A stretch of 61,255 bases of DNA, filler included, from Sphacelaria rigidula (Eukaryota), in the NCBI GenBank assembly GCA_964200075.2. It is 10 parts of 10 records of this genome, joined end to end, with 100 filler letters (N's around TTAATTAATTAA, not from the genome) between each part and the next. Parts side by side here need not be neighbours in the genome. Positions count along the whole stretch, not along the records: positions 49,086 to 55,120 come from CAXNAA020022656.1; positions 55,221 to 61,255 come from CAXNAA020022657.1; 8 more parts are not named here. One strand, written 5' to 3'. Below, one piece after another: positions 48,986 to 61,255 of this stretch. The position numbers were made by a program, and so were the translations under genes. Under the pieces are notes generated by a model that saw nothing but the letters and a program-made list of their open reading frames with translations, was not told the DNA's origin and searched no databases. How positions within the stretch are numbered: position 1 is the first letter of the stretch; the number at the start of each line of letters is the position of its first letter.

Positions 48986-51613
48986 NNNNNNNNNNNNNNN
49001 NNNNNNNNNNNNNNNNNNNNNNNNNNNNNTTAATTAATTAANNNNNNNNNNNNNNNNNNNNNNNNNNNNNNNNNNNNNNNNNNNNGACCGTCTACGATCA
49101 AGAGCAGCGGCAGCAGCATCGGCGCCGGTTGATTCAGACCCACCCCCAGCCACGTACATTTACTGGCAACGAATATGCTGCTGATACTGCTGCTGCTGCT
49201 GCTGCTGCTGACTTGCTGCTTCTCGTGCGGACGGTCCACGGCACTTGACAGCCCCTCGCACACAAACAAGATCTAGAGGACCTTTCTGCACTGGAGCCCT
49301 GACATGAAGTAGCCGCCAGCTTTGTCTTTCTTCTTTCAATTCTCGCTCTGTAGTGTGACACTTCAAAGGATACTCGCCATGCGCATTCACTGTAGTTACG
49401 TTGGTGTGTAGCGACCACAACAGCTGCTGTTCGTGCTCTTGTCTTTTTATCTTCGCGATGACGGTAAACGTGGGGTGGCAGCTCGGGGGCGTGTGCTTCC
49501 CGACTTGTACAGACCAAGGGAGGACACTCGCTAATGCAACAAGATTGTCCATCTACTGATGTGGAGCGAGCTTTCCGGAGGAACAAAATCACCTCAACAC
49601 CGACCACTCCCAGACTTTTGAATAAATGCGCAAAAAGTACATCCACCTACGACGGGGACCCACATTTTTTTAACCAGCTGCCCGTCACGGATGTTTTCAA
49701 ACAAGGTGAAGCCTTCACGCGTAGTACCGGAGTGCAGGCAATACACAGCAGTAACACACACACAGTAAACAAAGTGAAGCCTTCACCTGTAGTACCGTAG
49801 TGCAGGCAGTAGTCAGTAGTCATATCCTCTGCATCTGCATCCACTGCCATGAAGGTGCATCTGAATGTGACCTCGAACCCTACAGTGAAGACGGTATAGT
49901 ACTGTACTGTATTGCCAAAGCACAGCTACCTACTTTGCTCGCGAGTACAGCCTGTGCTTGTAACCTGGCAGAGTACAGCCTGTACTCGGAAATGGAGTAG
50001 TACAAGATAACAAGTATAGGCTACAGCTGTGTCGTGTTTGTGAAGCATAGCCTATACTTGTAATGTCGTACTGTTCGCAGAATCCACGGCCTGTATTGTG
50101 AATACTCTTGCCTGCTGCAACACCCTGACACTTCATTGTACTACCGTTTTACCGTAAAGTCCACATCGTACAGTATGTTTTGTGCCCATCACCTCGAGAA
50201 AAAAATATCATCCAAGGCACCACCGGATGATGGAAGATCAAAGTGGGTGTTTTCTGTCGTGCTCAACATTGACTCGTGCTGGCTGGACTTCGATATTCCG
50301 TCGATCCTCTTTGTGTTTGTCTCTGCTGTATGCCGGTCACCCCGGTGGCTCAGTTCGTAACCTCGAAACCTTCTGACCTTCTATGCGTGTAGCTGTGTTC
50401 ATGTGAACTACTGTATGTGCGTGCTGTTCACCTGCCCGCTGAACGGGGTTTGTAGAGGTGGCGCTCTCAAATTCAAAAACTTGGCTCTGGTTTTGCTCGT
50501 AACCCGAACCCACTTTTTTTGAAAACATCCGTAATGGGCAGCTGATTGAAAAATTGTGGGCTCCCGAAGTAAAAAAAAAAAACACGGGATCGGTCATGAT
50601 AAAAGGTCATAAAGGTCATAGTGAAAATAAGGATCCAGCTATATAGGTGGATATACTTTTTGCGTGAATAAATGTACTAGAAATATAGTTCATTTCCGGC
50701 CGGCGTATATCTGCCTGTACCATAGAACCAGTTCCATACTACGTTTGAGCAGACCCGCCAGTATGAAAACGAGCACATTTTTTAATTCGCCCACCACCCC
50801 CAATAGTGACGAAGCATCATAATGCGAACAGACCACGACATGTTCACGCGCAGTACTACATGCACATGCCGTCGACGCAGTCGTTGGCGTTCCCCGCGAC
50901 GCGTCCGAGACTCTCTCTTTAGGCGTAGAGTACTCCTTGATCTCGGTTGTGTAACTCATCTGGGTGGGCGCCCACTACGTCACGCAGTTCCGTTTGCAGT
51001 GGAAATGGCTCAAGTACGATTGCACTACTGGGGGTGGCACTAGCGCGTTTGCCTCGTTCGATGCCCACTGGCATTCGGGGAGGCGTGTGTTGTACGTGTA
51101 CGTCAAGACGGATCTACAAGTAGTGGCCAGGGATAGATCGAGAGAACCTAGCGGGAACTTGCCGAGCGACGACTCCGGTCTCAGCTCCGCCTTCCTGCGC
51201 ACCCTTGCGCACGTGGAAGGACGTCACTCGGACTAGAACGACAATGTCTGGAATTCGCGTGGTGCGATGCGCGAAATAATTGTCGTTGTCAACCTATGGC
51301 CCTTACTTTCTTTCCGTCCCTTCTTCTGCTTGTATGCCGTTCTTGCTTTTCTTCATTGAGGGCGTCTGTCTCTTCTGTCCCTTTTCCATCCCATTTCAAA
51401 GTGAGAAAGAATAGGAAAATTGGAAGTGTGATGCGAAGCAGAGCGCTCTACAGGATCTAGGTTCGGATATGTAGCGTGGAGAACACGCAGGTTATTGATA
51501 ATTCTCGGAGGAGCGAGTTCCTCGTGAATACCAGGCAGGAAGTGGGTTGTTGGTCGTGAGAGATGGCCCTCGTGGATGTTGCCTGGGGAACCGGAAATGC
51601 AAAACGTCACGAA

Positions 51614-51760
51614 TGTTGTTGTTGTTGTTGTTGTTGCGGTGGTCGTGGTCGTCGCGGTGGTTGTGGTCATCTTCACATGAAAAACCATCCCGATATCTGC
51701 GCAGCAGTACTCTACTGGGCATCTGATGCGGACGCCTTCCGTGGTGACAGGCTAACGACC
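51614..51760 (-). mobile_element. (CAA)n-tailed non-LTR element 3' end
   Basis: Homologous to 36510-36625. Confidence 0.62.
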
Positions 51761-51829
51761 TAAAATAGGGCATAAGGAACTACACAGTGACTGAAATCGG
51801 ACTCACAAACCATCACACAACAACAGTGG

Positions 51830-54800
51830 ATAATGAAATATGAGGTCGATCTCAAAAATGAGGTTCAAGTGCCATGTCTTTTTTGCAGGGACGACGCGAA
51901 ACAGCAACACAGAGCAAAACAATATTTCCCCCCCAAACTCTGCAACTGTGAATTATCAGTTGTGGCTAAATGCACCGATAGACTGCGGTGTACACGCGTG
52001 TCGATGACGATATCACCAGAGAGAGAAGCAACGACAGAGAGGAAGCTCTTCGCCCGTGTCCTTTGTGTGCCCTCGCTGGGCGATTCCAAATCGCTCGAGG
52101 GACTGGCATCATGCATGTTACCAGCACGTACCGAATTTCTCATGTGCCCGTAGGTATCCTCAAAGAACATCGAGCTGCAGAGAAATTTCGCCTCTTCATC
52201 TCTGGAGGTCACCAATGCGAAGATCGATCTCTCTCTACCTCTCTTTTTGGACAGGACGCGCTTCTGTGCGCTGAAAAACAGGGCAATGTTCCCGTCACCG
52301 CTACTACTGTTCTCTGTCCACACACATGCCAGCAAGGACGGTGCGCCGCAGCAAAAATGACAGATGATTCAATTTGAACTTGGGGGGTGTTATTCATCGT
52401 TGCTTTTACCCGACATGACGTATCTGACCATTCCGACCGCAAGAGCCTGCCACAGGACAGTTGGGGTGTGTGTGTTTGAGAGTTCAAAAGCTTGTGGAGG
52501 CCTTCTTGACATGAGAAGTGGAAAAAGATACCTATGGTGGTGACCTAACTGTTGCTAGCGTGGTGCAGAGGGGTGCGTCAGCTGCAATCTGGAGCTTTGG
52601 TTGCAATACTCTACTGAATTTCATCTGCAGAGCGTGTGTCGAGAGGTCATACACGGTAACGACATGTTATTGTGTGCCCGAATTTGGAACAGCTACTCTA
52701 TGAAAACAAAACAGTTCGGTTTTCGAAACTACGGCCAGATCATTGAAATGGCCCTCGTTCTCCGAGAAACTGCGACTTCCTCGTCCCCCCGTCAGGCATG
52801 AAAGAAGGGCGACAGAGGTTTTGGGAGTGCATGTAACGACCACGGGGTAACACAGAGTTTCTCGTGTATGAAAATTCCCGTTTTTCTACCTGCAAACAGT
52901 TTTATGCCCATTGCTTTCTAATAAGAACTTTTTGAAACATTCGATTTATGTTCCGTAATGTACTGATTGACGGTTGCCAATGCCAGCAAATTTTGGTGGT
53001 GTTGTTCGACAGTATCTTCGAACGTGACCGGACCCAAAGCGGACACTTTCCCTCGGGTAACAAGAGCCATTTCAATGATCTGGACGTAGTTTCGAGAACC
53101 GAACTTTTTTGTTTTCGCACAGTAAACAGTGGATCCTGGAAAGTGGGATCCATCTCAAAAATGAGGTCAAAGTGGCATTTCTTTTTAGCAGAGAAGACGC
53201 GAAACACATGCGACCGAGCGAAGCCATCTTCCCCCCCAAATGTCCGCAGCAGTCGAGCAAGTGTAGCTAGGTGCACCTAACGAATGCGGTGTACACGCGT
53301 GTCAATGACGACATCACCACAGAGAGAAGCAACGACAGTGAGGAAGCTCCTCGCCGATGTCCTTTGTGTGTCCTCGCTCGGCGATTACCAAACTCTCGAC
53401 AGACTGGCATCACCGATGTTACCAGTATGTACCCAATTTTCCATGAGCCAAAACATCGAGCTGCAGAGAGACTTTCTCTCGTCTTTCAATTGCCTGTCGA
53501 GCTCACGAATGCGAAGATCGATTTTTCTCTGCCTCTCCTTTTGAACAGGACGTGCCTCTGTGCGCTGCGAAACATGTCGTTGAAAAACAGGGCAATGTTC
53601 CCGTCACCGCTACTACTGTTCTCTGTNNNNNNNNNNGGCAATAACAGATAGATCCAACTCGAACTTGGGGGTGTTATTCATCATTGATTTTACCCACATC
53701 TGACCCTCTGGATCCCGACGAGAACAACGTGCCACACGCCAGTTGAGGGGGGTGTATGAGAGATCAAACACTTGTAGAAACCTTTTTGACGTGCGGAGTG
53801 AAAAATATAGGTATGGTGGTGACCCAACTGTTGCTAGTGTGGCGCATAGGAGTCCGTCTATGCTGCAATCTAGAGCACACGCTGGTTGCGTGAACATCTA
53901 GCTCGGTACAGTACGAGTAGCTTTCCAGAATTATTCCGATGTGAGGAGGTCATGCTTTTACAAGCTGGAACGGGAGTACTCTATGATTAACTAACTTGTC
54001 GTTGCATTTGAGACCCACACCATCAACCGCCGACAGCGAAGGTCTTGTGGCTTTCACTCAACGCTGTCGGTAGTACGGCAGGCAAACCCGATCATAGCTA
54101 GCTTTCGTTGCTACNNNNNNNNNNTTCGCAACGGGTATGAAAGCTAAACAGTTGATTTTTCTCAACTTCATTCACCCAATTCAAACTACTCTCAAGACCT
54201 GAGGGAGGACGGCTTCCCTGTCCCCCAGCCAGGCATCGATGAACGAGGGAAGAATTTTACAGGTGGGTACAACACACATGGGGGCCCGGAGAAGTTTCTT
54301 TCCATCATCATCTGTGTTTTCCAAGCTGCAAAGTGTTCCACGCACATTGGTTTCTAATTCGAACGGCAACTTATCGATTTCTTTTCCGTTGTTCAAGCTC
54401 TACCTGATGCTGATCCCGGAAAAGTTTCGTATTGCTGTTCGATGGTTGCTTCGGATGTTTAACTGGACCCGAAGCGGCCACCTTCCCTCAGGTTTTGAGA
54501 ACCGCTTTAATTTTGTGGACGCAGATAAAATAAATCAAACTCTACAGCTTTCACAGATGTTGCGACTTCGGTGCATGTTGTTACCGTGACGACCTGTGAG
54601 CAGCCGGGAGGACGCGCGGTAGAGCAAGGAAATGTAGCAATGATCCGGTTTGCCTGCCGTACTGCCGACAGCGTCGCGTGAAAGCCACAAGACCCTTGCT
54701 GTCGGCGGTTGATGGCGTGGGTCTCGAATGCAACGACATGCGGTTGATCGTAGAGCACTCTCATTTCTCCTTTCGAGTTGTGATAATCTATGATCTCCTG

Positions 54801-55120
54801 ACATCGGAAAAATTATTTCCTATGGGAAGGTACTCGTGCTGTACCGAGCTGTCGATGCAACCACCGTATGTGTGCTGCAGGTTGCCTATGCGCCACGCTA
54901 GCAACAGTTAGGTCACCACCATAGGCATCTTTTTTCACTCCGCATGGCAAATAGGTTTCTACAAGTGTTTGATCTCTCATACACCCCCCTCAACTGGCGT
55001 GTGGCACGCCCTTCTGCTCGGCCACCCCGTTGGGGGAGGTCGGCGAAACTCAATGATGAATAACACCCCCTAAGTTCAAATTGGATCTATCTGTTATTGC
55101 CGCAGCACCGCCCTTGCTGG
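51830..55120. repeat. Complex direct plus inverted repeat block (foldback-type element)
   Basis: ~1.3-kb diverged direct units start near 51840 and 53140. About 53640-54110 is inverted against 54630-55100, and about 52700-52770 against 53050-53120. A related reverse copy lies at about 6270-6490. Confidence 0.8.
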
Positions 55121-55220
55121 NNNNNNNNNNNNNNNNNNNNNNNNNNNNNNNNNNNNNNNNNNNNTTAATTAATTAANNNNNNNNNNNNNNNNNNNNNNNN
55201 NNNNNNNNNNNNNNNNNNNN

Positions 55221-55292
55221 ACGAAGATTTTAATCCTCCGGGTTCTCATCCTCAATAAAAATCTCCATCCTCAACATAGATGATCGGCTGTT
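55221..55292. mobile_element. End of an AACAGCCG-terminated MITE
   Basis: Ends GATGATCGGCTGTT; reverse complement of 36647-36715. Confidence 0.7.
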
Positions 55293-56668
55293 TATTAGGA
55301 ATTCTCCGAAATGGGTACGAACAAAGCAGAGGTTGATGGAATTGTTTCTCTTATGCGAGAAGAAGAAATGGAGAGTTTCGGAAGACGTGTTTTTCAAACA
55401 ATCTTGGAGTCAGAGTGAAAGGGATAATAGCCAGTAACGGTACACTTTCCGCTATAGAGGTTTTTCCAGAGCGATGTTTTTTAGAGTGAGAGTCCCGTTT
55501 GCACCACTTCACTCTGAAACCGTTGTTCCTCAGAGTTCATAGCGGAATAGAAAAGAACCATGCCTACCTTCCCCACTCTTGTCACGTCTAGTCCAAAGAC
55601 AATACACACCAATAAGCAAAGTGGGACATTCATCATCCATCTGAACTACCATACTCATCACAATGGGCCATTCACGAAGTAGAAAAGCTTGGCATCGCAA
55701 CCAGAAGACCTCCCTGACGCCGCCATGGTATCAGCAATCCACTTGGTTGTGTTGCGTGAAAAATCTGATGCTCGACAGGTACACGTTGCGATGAGTGCAG
55801 TTCCTCATTCTTGCTAGTTTCAGCTGAAAGAAGAAGGTGGGAGCGATTCGTAGTCCACACCTGGCTATATTTCCATCACGTGAGAGATCATAACGTCTTG
55901 CACCACCGTTTTGGGTGGCATGTGGAAAACATCGCAATACGGCCGAGGTCTGCTGTTTGAAAGTGCTGCGTACCGTACGTCTGTACTACTATTTGTATCA
56001 CTGACTCTTTGTACGGTATCGCTGAACAGTATAATAGTTCACAGCATCGCAATGCCCTGTTGTAGGGATCTGTATTGCACTCTCTGCACTGCACTGTTCT
56101 CCACGCTGCACAGAACTATAGCACTGCAGCCCTCTAGTGTCCTGTAGTGCTACGTAGTGGATTGAAGTACAGCAGGTGCAGTGAAAAGGCGTAGTGTATG
56201 CGTACGGTGCCGCCGTGTATACTGTACAGTCAGTGTTGTGCCGGCCTACAGTATGCACTTTCGAAGTGGAAGCTGGTTGATCGTACACTTGGCGGGGCAA
56301 GCTGTGGCTAATCACTGCGACAAACAAAATCATGTCAAGCCATGTCATATCAGCTTCCGCTGTGAACGTTTTAACGTCCACCATGAAGTTTCGAAGCTTC
56401 CACTCTGCACTCTGACTCTATGATAGAAAAACATGTTACGCAACTCTCTAATGTGTCGACGCCAACAACAGCTGAGTCGAGGGAACAGCAAAGAATCGGT
56501 GCGGCTACCAATAACAATAAAGCTGAAGCAAACTATGAGCGAGCAACCGAGCGCAACACACAACATCGGCACGACACAACGCACATGTGCGTCATGAAAC
56601 GAAACGGTACCACCAACGACCGCACATACACAACTATTCCACGGTACACTTCGACTAGCAACGCGCAC

Positions 56669-56822
56669 CTCATCAAAGTTATGGGAGCTGACAAAATTCT
56701 GGGTGATGGCTACCGTATCGTCGAGGTTGAGCACACCGTGCGCCCACCCGGCCGGCACAAAAATCGTCTCTCCCGGGTGTTGCACCAGCACCGTCACCTC
56801 CACTTTCCCGCCCAATTCTTTC
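56669..56822 (-). CDS. Exon of a JmjC-domain 2-oxoglutarate oxygenase (JMJD6/JMJD4-like)
   Basis: CAG acceptor and GTGCG donor bound 154 bp encoding [51 protein letters not shown], including the distal Fe-binding His. Confidence 0.92.
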
Positions 56823-58040
56823 CTGTTGTACCAAACATACCAGGATAACAGGAGGCGGATGTGTGCATGGCAGAAGAGCGGGGGCCAGCGGTCAAATGTG
56901 AGGCTCAAGAATACTGGGTCAGCGCATTTCATGTGGTGTAGGGTTCAGCTGCGTCTCTTCTCTCTTCCCCTATGTCATCAAGTCTTCGGTAGCAGAGACT
57001 GAACGAGATTTCTCTGTAAGATGTAGAAACCCTAGGTGGTGAGAAGAAACAGGGTGGTCAGCCGCTGCTCGGAACAGGTTGCTGAAATGCCCCAACCCTT
57101 CCGCACGAACTCTAACGGGTGTGGACAAGATTGTTCGATGTGTAGGACGTGTACAAACCACGGTTCGCTCAGCACGACGAGAAAATCAAGTCCATGATCT
57201 ACCGTCGTTGTTGGCTTGAGGGAAGAATGGGAGTTGCAAGTGGAGAGATTGTATACTGGCGAAGAGTAACGCGTCTGCGAAGTATTATTACATTGTCCCA
57301 CATGGTTCGGTGCGTATGTGTGTCACATGTTACTTGAAACCTGTTACCTTATTGCGAACGATTTTCACACGGTACTGGAGGGCACAGGAGCAACCAATTT
57401 TGAGAGAACTATAGCGGACTATCGCTAGGCATTGGATATGGCTCATGGTGGATTCCGCATATGCGCAGTGCATGAGCCTCATTGAAGGGTTGAAGATGAA
57501 CATTCTGACTTGTGCGTTATTGACGTGGTTGGGTATCGTGAGGTATCATTGATAAATTCGGGACCGTTCCGCAGTTCATCGCTCGGGTTCGGTAGAGTGT
57601 AAGAGGCCAATCTACCGGTCATGGGTTAAACCAGCATCAGTTTCACTCTCAACACGTATGCATGACACAGATGGACGACCCTCGCGGTCTAGGGAGGGTT
57701 TTGCTTGACCATTGCGACGAGTGTAATTTTACATTGTGCGGGTCTGATTAGCGTAGATTACTCATCAGCGGTTGGCTGTAGCGGATCCAGTACCCGGTAG
57801 AGTAGACGTCCCTATTACAGAACAGTACCAATTAAGGATCCCTGTTCTTTTTATCATTCGTCACTCCGCGAAATATCGACCGTTTTCCATTTTGTTTTTC
57901 GATACGTGTGCACAAGAGCACGACGCTTTTTTTCACTACTGCACGTGCGTTTTTCATCACAAAACACCATACCACAGCACTGTGAATAAGCGCGTGTGTC
58001 TTACTCCACGATCAGCTTTTCTATCGATCGGGTGCTAAGC

Positions 58041-58554
58041 ATGCGGAGAGTCAGGGTGGACCCAGAACGTGCAGCAGAGGCTGTAGAAGCGGTACGCAGC
58101 GGTCGCATGATTTTCCACGCTGCTGCGAAGGCCTTTGGCGTCTCCGTTGGTTTGCTGCAGAAGCGTATCAGTGGCAGCGCGGGCACAGCTGGTAGGGTTG
58201 ACCCGGGTACTGTACTGTCGACGAAGGAAGAAAATTCCATCGAAGGTATGCTGAAATTTACCGCAGCTCGTCAACGGGACTGAATAAAGATGACCTGAAA
58301 CAAACGATTATGGCACTCTGCAGTGATGGCCGACCGGTGTCATACGACCCGACAGTAGGCTCAGGTCGAAAATGGCCCGGCTTATTCCTTCGGAGGCACC
58401 CACGGCTAAGTGAGCCAGCAACTGCATCTACAAGGCCGACAGGATGGTGCGGCAGACGAAGAAGATCGCATGCCGAAGCATTATGCGGCCTGTGAGGACT
58501 ACGTGGACAAGGAGAAGCCAGCAACCGACCACAGATGGAACACAGATGAGACAG
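58041..58554 (+). pseudogene. pogo/Fot1-type (Tc1-mariner) transposase N-terminal relic
   Basis: psq-like HTH (AVEAVRSGRM...AAAKAFGVS..LLQKR), CENP-B-like HTH (VLSTKEE, GRKWPGLFLRRHPRLS) and the first catalytic motif WNTDETG, with frameshifts. Possible left end TA-CAG at 57816-57820. Confidence 0.8.
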
Positions 58555-59181
58555 GTTCTTTACAGTCTGTCAAAAGCCGTTCCGTTTACGTGATGCAGCG
58601 CATGTATCTAGAGCTAGAGCCAGAAGCTGTTGCTATGGAGTGGTGTCTGTCTGCTCTCAATAATGCTGCGTTTGAAACGATATCATTCACGCCCCATTAT
58701 TCGCCGACAAATCACTTGGCGTTTGCCTGCTCATTGCTGTCTCGGCGTGTTCCGTTGATCGCACTTACTCTTCATAGAGGTACTGCCTACACTGTCTGTA
58801 GAAGTGTTGCAAGTACCGCGGTTAGAGATGGTGCCAGTACTGTGCGCACCACCCGATACTCGACGCTCTAATCTACACCGTGCCCCCCCCCCCCCCCCCC
58901 ACCCCCCCCCCCCCCCCCCCCCCCCCGCACCCCCCTTCTACACACGCCACTCGTGGGTATCTTCGCCGTAGGTTTTCCTCCACAAGGGACCAGGGCGTGG
59001 AAGATCATTGCCAAGAAAGATTAGGCGAACTTTTCACTGCTTGGTTTGCTCTTTGTCATGCTCGCTGCTGTCTGCGAGCTGCGTCTGCCGTTCTCGTCGT
59101 CATTGTCATTTCGGTGGAAAATTTGTGTGTGCGAGGTGTACTCATGATCACGCATTGTTTGTGTGCGCGTGTGTGTGGGGT

Positions 59182-59484
59182 GTACTCATGATCATGCATG
59201 CCATAGTCAGAAGACCATTGACCTCGCATCCCTACAAAGCCGGGACGGAGNNNNNNNNGTTTTCGCCGGACCAGGCTCGCACTGAAACCACCAAACGCGA
59301 AGCGCCGTAGTGTGTTCGGCGACTCGCATGAAGGGTGAGCTACATCCTGAGAAGATTGTTCGACCCGAAGCCTACTGATTATCTTGCATATGGATGACAG
59401 CCTCCAATTACTTGCTATATTATCTGGCATCACCACTTCCAGAGATAACCACGGCTTATACACTGCCTCATGGGTGTCTCACCA
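59182..59484 (-). mobile_element. Complete ~300-bp partner element of the C-tailed LINE
   Basis: Flanked by GTGTG...GTGTGGGG on both sides (TSD-like). A further ~15-bp stub of the same end lies at 59138-59152. Confidence 0.85.
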
Positions 59485-59629
59485 GGTGTGTGTGTGTGGG
59501 GGGGGGGGGCAGCACATGTATTCCATTGTAACTCGGTCACATCCGTCGAACACGAAATTTGCGAGAATTGTGTCGAAGCTAATTCCACTTGATTGGGTAG
59601 CTCTAAACAGACAGAAAGCATGGAGCTCT

Positions 59630-60340
59630 ACGAACGTGTTCGTTGAGTTCGGCGTTGCCAAACACGGAGAGGGATGCTCAAATCTGTTGAAAAAATATGG
59701 GGACATGTCAATTTATCCCCGAGTTGACTCCATTCCTTCTTTGGTGCAGAAAAGTGATGCATTGCGATGCGTAAAGACTTTTCCTGAAGGAAAACATCTG
59801 GAATGTCCAAGCTCAAGGTGGAAAATATCTGGAATGTCCCAGCTCAAGGTGTTTCATTTTCGTAGTCACACCCAACGTGCGTCGTAGTACCTGAATCGTG
59901 ACCCATGAACACCAAATTTGGGGAAATTCCCTATCACAACGTATTCCGATGGGTTTATAAAGGAGAGGAAAAAAACGTTTCGTCGAGTACGGCGTTGCCA
60001 AACACAGACTTTATGGTTAAATGTATTCCGAAAACTAGGGGATAGGCCATTTTCATCCCCGCATGATCATGTTTTTTTGCAAAACGGTCCGCACTAGTCT
60101 CATTATCGATTTCTGGTGAAAAGTGGGTGATGAGGGGGCATGCCTCAACGTGCGTCATAGAGTACCTTAATCGTAACTGATGAACACCGAACTTTGGCAG
60201 ATTACTATCAAATGGTATTTCAATGGGTTGAAAACAAAAAATCAAAAACATAGTTTTCCTCGAGTACGCCGTTGCCAAACACCGACTTAATGGCGAAATT
60301 TGTTCCGAAAACCAGGGGGTAGGCGATCTTCATCCCTACA
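59630..60340 (+). repeat. Diverged 280-340-bp tandem units
   Basis: CGTTGCCAAACAC at 59653, 59993 and 60270, each preceded by GAGT(A/T)CG; the second and third units share extended sequence. Confidence 0.7.
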
Positions 60341-60704
60341 TGAGTGTTTTTCTTTTGTTTTCCTTCAAAACGGACTGCACTAATCTCATTAATATTTGAA
60401 CCAAAGGAGAAGGTCGGAGACGTCTAAGGTCGCGAGAAATTAACTGCTGAGTAAAGTGTACCGTAATTGAAACAGAAGATGTTTTGGCCGCATTTTTTAC
60501 GTCAATAGAGCCATCTTACACATCTACTCCTGCAACTTTTGTTTGGTTATTTTTCTATTTTGAAACGCTTGAGTGGTAAAAAATTAAATGGCCTCTTTCT
60601 GGATACTCTGGGCATTGTTTTACGTGTCGTGGCTTCCACGAACCAGTGTTTTTCCCATCAGGTGCCTTAAGCGTACCTTAAGTGGGACATTCACCTCTAT
60701 GTAC

Positions 60705-60922
60705 TGCAAAAACACGCGAGAGGACCGCGTGCTTAGGAGACCGCATGAGAGTTCAAACACCGCTATGGTTAGTGTAGGGTGAGGTTCAAGGCTAGTGTTG
60801 CGGTTAGGGTCAGCGGCGTGGTCTCTGCAGTGACTGGCCCGATTGGGTTTGAAAAACGTCGATCCTGAGGTGTTTGGAACTATGATGCGGTCTCTAAGCA
60901 CGCGATCCTCTCATGCGTTACA
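60705..60922. mobile_element. Diverged Ginger-like MITE (reverse orientation), TSD TGTAC/TGTCC
   Basis: Same TIR core GAGAGGACCGCGTGCTTAG; 5-bp flanks match 4/5. Confidence 0.8.
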
Positions 60923-61255
60923 TGTCCTTTGTTCTTCATACTGCCATCGGTATTGAGCGATGAAACCGAGGTGAGAAGGCTAGGCATCCTACATAACAAA
61001 GAACTCGATGCTGTCTCACTCATCAGCCGTCCCTAGTTTTGGGTGTTCAATATGTTGGGAGTTGGGAAATAAAAGTTCCGAATATACATACTCGAAATTA
61101 GCGGTAAAACCAGTTACGGTTCATTGTTAAAACAACGATCGTAGTAGTAACCGAAGAAGTGGAATATTCGTCGTAGAATAGAGTGATGCTACGGTAGGGG
61201 TACAGAAATAATTTCTGAGATTAGAATTGTTAGGAGCCCCTCATCTCATCCCAAA

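Noticed and set aside
50453..51236. hAT relic (TAGAGGTGGC start, FRLQWKWLKYD TTF-finger-like peptide)
   Set aside because: No CxxC, catalytic motif, second terminus or TSD.
6037..55220. Regularly spaced TTAATTAATTAA motif every ~6.1 kb
   Set aside because: Artificial concatenation linker; no adjacency across linkers is biological.
59182..59484. IS607/Fanzor-type element inserting at GG, with an omega-RNA end
   Set aside because: Variable 5' truncation, long TSDs and 3'-end homology to the RT ORF terminus indicate non-LTR retrotransposition; no TnpB/Fanzor or serine recombinase sequence is visible.
36..60901. Most ORFs in the six-frame track, including polyQ, polyC and IYIY-type ones
   Set aside because: Short chance ORFs over repeats, microsatellites or antisense to real elements, with no recognisable motifs.

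Overview
This is not one locus. It is ten unrelated, length-sorted scaffolds of 6035-6036 bp joined by nine artificial 100-bp linkers (44 N + TTAATTAATTAA + 44 N). The DNA is eukaryotic, repeat-rich and intron-rich; a brown alga or related stramenopile is my inference from exon/intron style and repeat types. Only three host exons are recognisable: acyl-CoA oxidase, an ABCB-type transporter nucleotide-binding domain, and a JMJD6-like JmjC protein. The rest is mostly decayed mobile DNA: two Ty3/gypsy remnants, two long copies of an APE-RT LINE, a pogo/Fot1 transposase relic, a Helitron 3' end, hAT-, CACTA- and Ginger-like MITEs, minisatellites and foldbacks. Two patterns stand out. (1) The LINE family ends a few bases after its stop codon in a C homopolymer rather than poly(A). 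It leaves many 5'-truncated copies in C/G runs with target-site duplications (TSDs), stacks head-to-tail, and appears to mobilise a ~300-bp non-autonomous partner. (2) Three MITE types share 5'-AACA...TGTT-3' termini; two of them show sequence-variable 4-bp TSDs, a combination I cannot assign to a known DNA transposon superfamily. There are no prokaryotic operons, CRISPR arrays or rRNA genes. Family assignments come from motif recognition by eye; no database search was run.
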